Of a DNA stretch of 64,000 bases, positions 15,442-22,691 are shown one piece after another. The position numbers and the translations under genes were made by a program. The stretch's first letter is position 1, and each line of letters begins with the position of its first letter. Below the pieces are notes generated by a model that was not told the DNA's origin, searched no databases, and was given only the letters and a program-made list of their open reading frames with translations. The DNA is from Planctomycetota bacterium. Lineage in GTDB: Bacteria > Planctomycetota > UBA8742 > UBA2392. The stretch lies in assembly GCA_019912315.1 (NCBI GenBank), contig JAIOJA010000049.1:4448-68447 (forward strand), written 5' to 3'.

Positions 15442-17235
15442 CTAATCCTCCTTCGACTTCGGAACCGTTTGGCTTCCCTTCGGAAGGGTTAAGTCCATGA
15501 AGACCTCCGCGGTCTCCCCTTCTTTGATCTCGAAGGTCTTGCTCCAGCCGCCTGCGGAATCCGGTCCCTTGACAAACACGCCAAATGTACCCGCGGGGAG
15601 GTGCTTGAAAACGACTCTTCCGCCTTCATCGAAGTAGGGTCGATTCCCGATCAGATCAGCGCCTCCTCGGAGGTATACGTTTGCATAGTACTTCGTTGGA
15701 TCGTCGCCTTCGGACACCTTGATTGTAAATGCTACCCCGCTCGGCTCCAGTTCAAGCTGTATGGTCCCCAGGTGAACCTCGCCATCTACGGGAACGGTGG
15801 CATCCACGAGTTGAGGTTTGAAGTGAAGGGCATCGATACAGAAGGTTCGCTTTCCTGCGGACGTACCAGGCAGGACTACTTTACCGCGAACGTCAGCATA
15901 TGCCGTGGACGGATCACTCTGATAGGACCCGCCGTTGCGGGGCCCCTTGCGTCCCCAGCCACGCCCTGCCATGGCACCGTCCATGATTCGTGCAGGTTGC
16001 AACGGGTTCCCATCTTTGTCGGTGACAAAGGCGCTGACGCTCCCACGTCCCGTCAACTCGACGACGACCGTCTTCGTTTCACCGCGCTCGAGTTGAATGG
16101 CATCGGAACTCCAGGTGTAATCACCGGAGACAACAACAACAAACCGGCCGCCGACCGTAAGATCACGCGTATTCACGACGCCTGGCCCGACGATCTCGTG
16201 ACTGTCCACCATCAGGCCGGATGGATTCTTCTGGACGACGATTTTCACGTTCGCGTAGTTTGGAAGAGCGCTGCAGTCGATCTCCAGCGTCGTGACCGCC
16301 GTTCGGGTCGGATCCGACGGTATCGAAAGATAGTGCGTAGATCGATGCTCGCCGGGGTCAAGCAACAACTCCAGCGACGCCCTCGCCTTGAACAGCAGAC
16401 GATTGCTGGAAACGACGCTGACTTTCAGCCCTGTGCCGGCCGGGCCGCTGACCACAATTGAGCCGGAACCGGAAAGGTCCGCTCCCTGATCAACCACGCG
16501 AACTGCATGTTCGCCCTGCATTTCACGAAGCACCCATGACACAGGGCCATCAAAAGGCTGTCCATCCTCGTACACACAGTTGATGTATACCGTGACAGCT
16601 TGCCCCCATGCGGACTGTACTGCCTCCCTTGGCAAGTCACCGGTGGGCACGACGATGCAGTCCATATTGCGCACTTTGAGAAGGTCGCCCAGCGCGTCCC
16701 CGCGAGTCCACAAGCGGACGTAAGTCGGCGCCTCAGGTTGAATGACGATTCGATTCAACCGGCGGGTCCGTACTAACCACTTGCCATATTCGTCCGCCAC
16801 ACCGCTGTTCCCGGGCGTGTAATCATGCGGATCACCCTTACGCAGCAACTCACTACGTGTCCCTCTGTCCACCTCACCCCACCGGAACTGAAAGCCTGAA
16901 AGAAGGCGTCCCGATTCATCCACAAAGGTGATCTGCAACTCGCACTCGGGCGCTGGCTCGGCAGCGTGATCACGACCAACAGCCCGGGGCTTATCTGATG
17001 AGCTTGTGCTGTGTTCCGCGCTGAGTGGACGCCCGTCAGGCTTTGCCGATTCGTCCGATGGCTCGAACGGGCCCGCGATGGGCTTGCCGGTCTCAGGCGC
17101 AAGGGTCGCGAACCAGTAGGCAATCCCGGCCGTCGCGCCGAAAACGGCCAGCACAACCAAAAGCAGACCGACGTGCTGACGAGTTGTTGGGCTTGGTTTG
17201 CGATCCACTTTATCTCCGCTTAGTCTAAATGCCAT
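15442..17235 (-). CDS. Membrane-anchored protein with repeated beta-sandwich (carboxypeptidase-regulatory-like) modules, function unknown
   Basis: The TM helix is LLLVVLAVFGATAGIAYWFATLA. A low-complexity linker follows, then repeated modules such as VSAFVTDKDGNPLQPARI and GRVVFKHLPAGTFGVFV. It overlaps the upstream gene by 16 nt. Confidence 0.6.
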   Translation of the reverse strand: MAFRLSGDKVDRKPSPTTRQHVGLLLVVLAVFGATAGIAYWFATLAPETGKPIAGPFEPSDESAKPDGRPLSAEHSTSSSDKPRAVGRDHAAEPAPECELQITFVDESGRLLSGFQFRWGEVDRGTRSELLRKGDPHDYTPGNSGVADEYGKWLVRTRRLNRIVIQPEAPTYVRLWTRGDALGDLLKVRNMDCIVVPTGDLPREAVQSAWGQAVTVYINCVYEDGQPFDGPVSWVLREMQGEHAVRVVDQGADLSGSGSIVVSGPAGTGLKVSVVSSNRLLFKARASLELLLDPGEHRSTHYLSIPSDPTRTAVTTLEIDCSALPNYANVKIVVQKNPSGLMVDSHEIVGPGVVNTRDLTVGGRFVVVVSGDYTWSSDAIQLERGETKTVVVELTGRGSVSAFVTDKDGNPLQPARIMDGAMAGRGWGRKGPRNGGSYQSDPSTAYADVRGKVVLPGTSAGKRTFCIDALHFKPQLVDATVPVDGEVHLGTIQLELEPSGVAFTIKVSEGDDPTKYYANVYLRGGADLIGNRPYFDEGGRVVFKHLPAGTFGVFVKGPDSAGGWSKTFEIKEGETAEVFMDLTLPKGSQTVPKSKED

Positions 17236-17954
17236 TCAGCCAAAACCTCTTCATCGTCGAGCCGAATCAGCTTCATGTACCAGTCGCTGCCTTCATCTAC
17301 ACCGCCCCAAGCCCGCGGATGTACCTTGAGTTCGCCCCGATCGGTTTCGGCTTCAACGTAACTCCGGGTTTCGTACCTGACGTGTATGCTATCCGCGTTC
17401 AGTATGGAGTAGCCGGCTGACACTGAAGTCGGCGCCTCCACCTTGTTTGTGAACTCCTGCTCTATGCTTACCGTCTCATCTATGTGTTTCGAAAACTCAG
17501 GCCAGAAATCGCCACCTATATCGGTCAGTTCCAGAATGCTGCGAGCTTCGCCATAGTACTTCGTCACGGGATTCGTCTGAGGCGCGTAGCTAGTGACTTC
17601 CACCGAGGCGCCGCCCTCCATTGCAAATTCCGTTGACCAGGCCCAATTGTCCCCCGTCGCATATCCGGATACGTCCGCAGCGAGGCTGTTGCCGTCCCAT
17701 GCCCAAGCGTCTTCCTGCACCAAAACATACTGAGTCGGAGTTTCGGTCCTCGTGTACGCGCCAGTGGTGGTAATCAGTTGGTACTCCGCATTGTCGCCTG
17801 TCGCGTGCCAACCCGTCCCCCCATTCGCCGTACCGGAATTGCCGGCGTGATTGTTTTCAACCAGAGTCCCGCCAGCCCACACCACAGGCATTGCTACCGC
17901 GACCAGGCAGATGACGGTGGCGGCAACCTTCAAGCACATCCGTGAGTTACTCAT
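17220..17954 (-). CDS. Secreted hypothetical protein (244 aa), first gene of the operon
   Basis: The ATG at 17954 is preceded by GAGGAGGG. The signal peptide is MSNSRMCLKVAATVICLVAVAMPVVWA. The mature part is Trp/Gly/Thr-rich with no recognised motif. Confidence 0.6.
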   Translation of the reverse strand: MSNSRMCLKVAATVICLVAVAMPVVWAGGTLVENNHAGNSGTANGGTGWHATGDNAEYQLITTTGAYTRTETPTQYVLVQEDAWAWDGNSLAADVSGYATGDNWAWSTEFAMEGGASVEVTSYAPQTNPVTKYYGEARSILELTDIGGDFWPEFSKHIDETVSIEQEFTNKVEAPTSVSAGYSILNADSIHVRYETRSYVEAETDRGELKVHPRAWGGVDEGSDWYMKLIRLDDEEVLAEWHLD

Positions 17955-18178
17955 GAGTTCGCCCTCCTCAGAATTTTCAACACAAGGTCTATCCGCTCCT
18001 TTAGCCCAGCAACCATACCACGCGACAACCCATCGAAACCAATTCTGGGTATTTTTTCTCTCTTTTTTCTCTCGCTTGCACTATATGACCATAACCCACA
18101 GCGACCCGAGCTATCGGGGCACCGCTTAGTGCAATTTGATGACGTCGCTTGAGTTCGAGGGCGCAGCGGGGATAGCTG

Positions 18179-18379
18179 CTACTGGGCCTGCCTCGGGGGC
18201 TGCTGCGAAACCTCTTTCGCTCGCAGCTGGTAACCCGTGAGTGCGTCCGGACCGGGCGACGGCCTGAAGCCGGTCGAGATCAGGGTGAACAAGCCGTCCA
18301 TGTTCAAGCTGGGCTGGTACCGCTTCCTCGCAGCGATGGGTTTGAAGCGCAACTCCACCGGCGGCTTCGGCGGCCGCAT
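18179..18379 (-). CDS. Small hypothetical ORF (66 aa)
   Basis: Third codon positions are almost all G/C, as in real genes of this genome. It lies 120 nt downstream of the Na/Pi transporter gene. There is no recognisable motif and no clear SD. Confidence 0.25.
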   Translation of the reverse strand: MRPPKPPVELRFKPIAARKRYQPSLNMDGLFTLISTGFRPSPGPDALTGYQLRAKEVSQQPPRQAQ

Positions 18380-18498
18380 CCCTGAGCCCAGCCAGTCCAG
18401 CGGATTTGGTTAACGCGTGGATTCAGCCAAGGTTTCAAGGTCAGCGGTTGGCATCACGGCTTGGCTCATTGGCTGCCACTGCGTCGGCCACGCCGCAA

Positions 18499-20181
18499 CT
18501 ATTCAGATTTCTCGGGCGACTTCAGCGGATCTTCGGAAGTGCTTGATACGGCAGCACTTGCGCCGTGCGCACCGACGTCGGCCGAATCGCCGCCGCCCAT
18601 CTCCTTGCGGGTCATTTCGCGCAGGTGATGCGAGCTTCGCCACACGTGGTAGGCGAGGCGGTCAAGCCAGCGCTGCGCGTGCAATTCGTGCAGCGCCTGG
18701 TCCGGGTCCACTTTGCGCTCGGCCGTGGCAAGCAAAATCGCCGGGCGGGCCGTGCGCCGGTCTTCGGCCAGTTTCTGCGAGAACACCTCCGCGCGCCGGG
18801 CATTGGGCTCTGTCTCCGGATCACGCAACTGGACGGCCAGTTCATGAAGCATCGCGACCATGTCATCGGCGACCTTTCGCAAGTCCATGTTCTTGCGCGC
18901 GACGCTTAGTGCTTCCGGGTCCTTCGTTTCCTTTAACAGGCGCTCAAGATGATCCACAGCGTGGAGCGTGGAAAGCTGCCGCTGAAACTCGAAACCGGCG
19001 TTCTCCGGCGGCGGGATCCGCGACAGAAAGTGTCGGGTCTCGTCCAGCGCCTCGTCCGCTTCCGTAACATCCTTGCTCTCGAACCAGGTCTTCTCACCGC
19101 GCAGGGTATTCGCAAGTGACTCGTACACGGTCGCGCCAATCTCTTTCAACACGTTGCGGACGGCCTCGACGGCTACAGTCGGGACTTGCAGCAGCGATGC
19201 GTCCAGGTGCTGTGTCAGGCGGTTGCCTTTGAGTTTGAAGCGGTTCTCGATGAAGCGCGCGTACTGCGGCAGCAGCGGCACAAAGATCGCGGCGCCAAGC
19301 AGATTGAAAGCAGTGTGGAACGCAGCAATGGTAATCGCGTGGTCGCCGCTGATCCAGGTTTCCGACGCGGACTCAACCGCAGCGGTGAACCACGGCAACA
19401 CCGCAAACGCCACAGCGGCTGTAACCAGATTGAATATGATGTGCGCCAAGGCCGTGCGCTTGGCCTGCACGCTGCCGCCGATCGCGGCGATTGCGGCGGT
19501 GATTGTCGTCCCGACGTTCTGCCCCACCACCAGCGCGGCGGCCTGCTCGACGTTAATCGTCCCGCCGGAAAGTGCCGCCAGCGTCGTTGCCACGGCGGCG
19601 CTGGACGACTGCATCACGACCGTCATCGCCATGCCGATCAGCAACAGCAGCGCGCGCCCACCCAGCGTCGCCTGCGGCCATGAGGACGGGTCAAACTCAA
19701 CGGCCAGATCAGCCATTCCGGCCTGCAACACGTCGATACCGACGAAAATGACGCCGAACCCCGCCAGGGTTGTGCCCACCTGCGCCAGGCGCCCGCGAGT
19801 CACAAGCTTCGCGAACGCGCCGATGCCGATCACCGGCAGAATGATCTTGCCGATGCTGAATTTCAGACCCAGCAGACTCACCAGCCAGCCAGTGCTGGTG
19901 GTACCAAGGTTCGCGCCGATGATCACGCCGACGGCATTGCTGAACGGCAGCAGTCCGGCCGACACGAAGCCGATCGTCGCTACGGTCGTCGCACTTGAAG
20001 ACTGAACGACGGCCGTGATTCCCGCACCGGCACCAACGGCCGACCAGCGGTTCGTCGTGTACTTCGAAAGGATCGAACGCAGAGCGTCACCGGCGAGGGC
20101 CTTCAGCCCGTCCGTCATCAGGATCATGCCGAGCAAAAACAGCCCGACACCACCAATCACACTCGCGACGACAGTGAACAT
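18499..20181 (-). CDS. Na+/phosphate cotransporter family protein (NptA-like) with a C-terminal PhoU-like helical domain
   Basis: GVGLFLLGMILMTDGLKALAGDALRSIL and ITAVVQSSSATTVATIGFV, together with a second QSSSAAVATT repeat, are the duplicated Na_Pi_cotrans signature. I prefer the ATG at 20181. A GTG at 20217 is the alternative. Confidence 0.85.
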   Translation of the reverse strand: MFTVVASVIGGVGLFLLGMILMTDGLKALAGDALRSILSKYTTNRWSAVGAGAGITAVVQSSSATTVATIGFVSAGLLPFSNAVGVIIGANLGTTSTGWLVSLLGLKFSIGKIILPVIGIGAFAKLVTRGRLAQVGTTLAGFGVIFVGIDVLQAGMADLAVEFDPSSWPQATLGGRALLLLIGMAMTVVMQSSSAAVATTLAALSGGTINVEQAAALVVGQNVGTTITAAIAAIGGSVQAKRTALAHIIFNLVTAAVAFAVLPWFTAAVESASETWISGDHAITIAAFHTAFNLLGAAIFVPLLPQYARFIENRFKLKGNRLTQHLDASLLQVPTVAVEAVRNVLKEIGATVYESLANTLRGEKTWFESKDVTEADEALDETRHFLSRIPPPENAGFEFQRQLSTLHAVDHLERLLKETKDPEALSVARKNMDLRKVADDMVAMLHELAVQLRDPETEPNARRAEVFSQKLAEDRRTARPAILLATAERKVDPDQALHELHAQRWLDRLAYHVWRSSHHLREMTRKEMGGGDSADVGAHGASAAVSSTSEDPLKSPEKSE

Positions 20182-20333
20182 GCGAAAGAAACTACTTCGC
20201 CCGCACCGCGACGCCACCTCCCCGGCTACCGCATATGCTTCACCCGACCAGCCGATGCGGATTTGCCACGACCAACCCCGTCCGCCTATCTACATCCTGT
20301 AAATCCATGCCCTTCCTCTGATAGACTGCGCGC

Positions 20334-21734
20334 GTGACCAAACAGGCCCCAACCGCATCATTGCGCGACCTGCCGAAGCTCGACGCGCTTCTATCCAGCA
20401 CGCCGTTCGCGCCGCTGGTGGACCGCCTTGGCCGGTCACTGATCATCGAAGAAGCCCGCGCCATGCTTGAGGTTCTACGCAACGACATGCGCGAGGGCGG
20501 CCATGTTTTTCAGTCCGAGTTATCCGAAGCCGCTCTCGCCGGCCAGATCGAACGCCGCATCGCCGCGCTGACCGACCCCGTGCAATGCCGGGTGATCAAC
20601 GCCACAGGCGTCATACTGCACACTTCTCTGGGGCGCGCGCCACTGTCTGAAGCCGCCGTAAAGGCCGCCGTCGCCGAGGCCACTGGCTATTCGTGCCTTG
20701 AACTTGACAGGTCAACAGGCAAGCGCAGCGACCGCGACAAGCTGGTAAACGGGTTGATCGAGCGCATCACAGGCGCCGAGGCCGCCACGGTTGTCAACAA
20801 CAACGCCGCGGCCACCATGATCATCCTGAACACCCTGGCAGAGGGCAAAGAGGTGGTCTGCAGCCGCGCCCACATGGTGGAAATCGGCGGCAGCTACCGC
20901 ATGCCCGACGTAATGCGCAAGGCCGCCTGCAAGCTTGTCGAGATCGGCACCACCAACAAGACCAAGGCCGCTGACTACGAAGAAGCCATCACGGATGAAA
21001 CGACCATGCTGCTGAAGGTGCATACCAGCAACTACGCGATCGTCGGCTTTACCCATGAAACGGCGCTCGAAGAACTGGTCGAGATCGGGCGACGGCGGAA
21101 CGTGCCTGTAGTGTATGACCTCGGCGCCGGCAGCATCATTGAACTCAAGAAGTACGGCATCACGAGCGAGCCCAGCGTGCCGGAACTGGTCAGAACGGGC
21201 GCAGACCTTGTCTGCTTCAGCGGCGACAAACTCTTTGGCGGCCCGCAGGCCGGCATTATCGTCGGGCGCAAGGATCTGGTCGACCGCATCAAGAAGAACG
21301 CCTACTTCCGCATGATGCGCTGCGACAAGATGACGCTTGCCCTGCTGGAGCACACCCTGAAGCTGTATCTCGACCCTGAAAACGTCCTGCAGACCGTTCC
21401 GACCCTGCGAGCGATCTCCCGCGACGCCGAGGAAATCAAGCGCAAGGCCCGCAGCATCGCCACACGTTTGAAGAAGCGCGGAGTCGAGGCGGAGTTGCAA
21501 GACAGCACCAGCCAGATCGGCGGGGGCAGCACACCGGGCGAAGAGTTGCCGACAACCGTGCTGGTAATCCGCAAACTTGGTGGCTCGCCGGACGCCGCGG
21601 CCAAACGCCTGCGCATGAACACGCCCAGCGTATTCTGCCGCATCGAGAACGACGCGCTGGTATTCGACCCCCGCACACTGCTTGACGGCCAGGACACTGA
21701 GCTGGTTGACGCCATCGCGGCTGCGAAGAATTGA
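20334..21734 (+). CDS. selA: L-seryl-tRNA(Sec) selenium transferase
   Basis: 466 aa with a GTG start. The N-terminus is LRDLPKLDALL. Core blocks are INATGVILHTSLGRAPL and FSGDKLFGGPQAGIIVGRKDLV, where the Lys of GDKL is the expected PLP lysine. A UCA-anticodon tRNA lies 690 nt downstream. Confidence 0.9.
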   Translation: MTKQAPTASLRDLPKLDALLSSTPFAPLVDRLGRSLIIEEARAMLEVLRNDMREGGHVFQSELSEAALAGQIERRIAALTDPVQCRVINATGVILHTSLGRAPLSEAAVKAAVAEATGYSCLELDRSTGKRSDRDKLVNGLIERITGAEAATVVNNNAAATMIILNTLAEGKEVVCSRAHMVEIGGSYRMPDVMRKAACKLVEIGTTNKTKAADYEEAITDETTMLLKVHTSNYAIVGFTHETALEELVEIGRRRNVPVVYDLGAGSIIELKKYGITSEPSVPELVRTGADLVCFSGDKLFGGPQAGIIVGRKDLVDRIKKNAYFRMMRCDKMTLALLEHTLKLYLDPENVLQTVPTLRAISRDAEEIKRKARSIATRLKKRGVEAELQDSTSQIGGGSTPGEELPTTVLVIRKLGGSPDAAAKRLRMNTPSVFCRIENDALVFDPRTLLDGQDTELVDAIAAAKN

Positions 21735-22387
21735 ACGACCTCACGATCGTACTGCCAACCATCAACGAAGCGGGCAACATTGCACCGCTCGTGACGGCAT
21801 TAAAGGAAGCCTTTAACGCGCCTGTCATCGTGATCGACGGCGCAAGCACCGACGACACCGCAGCAAAGGCCGAAGCCGCGGGCGCAAGAGTGATGATCAA
21901 CGAACAAGGATACGCAAGCAGCCTGTTGCAAGGCATCCGCGATGCGGACACCCAATGGGTACTCGTGATGGACGCCGACGGCAGCCATACGGTTGAAGAC
22001 GCAAAGCGATTGTGGGAAGCGCGCGAAGATGCCGACCTGGTGGTCGGCAGCCGTATGACCAAGGGCGGCGGCAGCGACGGCAGCGCGTTTCGCCGCTTTC
22101 TGTCGCGCGCGCTGGCCCGAATGTTCAAGTGGTTCGCGCGTCTGCCGGCCCGCGACGTCAGCTCTGGCTTTCGCCTGTATCGCCGTGATTTGTTCACCGA
22201 CGCTGAACCTGCCGCCCGTTTCTTTGAGGTGCAGCCGGCCCTGCTGGCCCACGCCAAGAGGAAGAACGCCCGCGTGAAAGAAGTCGGCATCCACTACCAC
22301 CAACGAGGTGAGGGGCGCAGCAAGAACCGGGTGTTCCGATACGGGCTGGCGTTTCTGGGGGCACTGTGGCGCCTGCGCAAGGGCTGA
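21731..22387 (+). CDS. Family 2 glycosyltransferase (polyprenyl-phosphate sugar synthase-like), soluble 218-aa form
   Basis: LTIVLPTINEAGNI, VIDGASTDDT and VMDADGSH are the GT-A/GT2 signature blocks. The TTG start overlaps the selA stop (TTGA). Confidence 0.75.
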   Translation: MNDLTIVLPTINEAGNIAPLVTALKEAFNAPVIVIDGASTDDTAAKAEAAGARVMINEQGYASSLLQGIRDADTQWVLVMDADGSHTVEDAKRLWEAREDADLVVGSRMTKGGGSDGSAFRRFLSRALARMFKWFARLPARDVSSGFRLYRRDLFTDAEPAARFFEVQPALLAHAKRKNARVKEVGIHYHQRGEGRSKNRVFRYGLAFLGALWRLRKG

Positions 22388-22421
22388 CGCACCGCGATGA
22401 AGGTTGTATATAGAAAGCAAC

Positions 22422-22514
22422 GGGAGCAGAAAGGCGCCTGGTGGGCCTCTCGGTCTTCAAAACCGTTGTGACCTGAACGGGTCAGGTGGGTTCGATTCCC
22501 ATGTGCTCCCGCCA
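22422..22514 (+). tRNA. selC: tRNA-Sec (anticodon UCA)
   Basis: 93 nt. The acceptor GGGAGCA pairs with TGCTCCC (7 bp plus a G-G eighth position), followed by discriminator G and an encoded CCA. The anticodon loop is CT-TCA-AA. The long variable arm is TGACC/TGAACG/GGTCA. The T arm is GTGGG-TTCGATT-CCCAT. The extended D stem is AGGCGC/GGGCCT-like. It lies next to selA. Confidence 0.85.
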
Positions 22515-22519
22515 AAATT

Positions 22520-22600
22520 CAGGGGTCAGGTGACAGGTCTCAGGGTTCAGGGAACCACCTGTCACCGCCCTCCCCTGAAACCTGTTCCCTCTAACCTGAA
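22520..22600. repeat. Palindromic (REP-like) element with the GGGGTCAGG core, between tRNA-Sec and ppc
   Basis: AGGGGTCAGG lies at 22521-22530. GGTGACAGGT (22529-22538) pairs with ACCTGTCACC (22557-22566). CCCCTGAAACCTGT (22572-22585) is the reverse complement of the 14-mer at 473-486. GGGTCAGGTG also occurs in the tRNA at 22479-22488. Confidence 0.6.
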
Positions 22601-22691
22601 CGTATGGGTGAAGAAGTCCAGGGGCCCGAACGGGCTTTGGACATCCTGGTCGAGAGTCTCGACCTGTATTCCCGAAAGTATACTGGTCGCG

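Noticed and set aside
18417-19067. 216-aa plus-strand ORF rich in Arg/Pro/Ala.
   Set aside because: It is antisense to the 3' part of the Na/Pi cotransporter gene and has a low-complexity composition typical of spurious high-GC ORFs.
22404-22691. N-terminal 96-codon extension of the ppc ORF in the ORF track.
   Set aside because: It would translate through tRNA-Sec and the palindromic element. The conserved PEPC N-terminus starts at the ATG at 22692.
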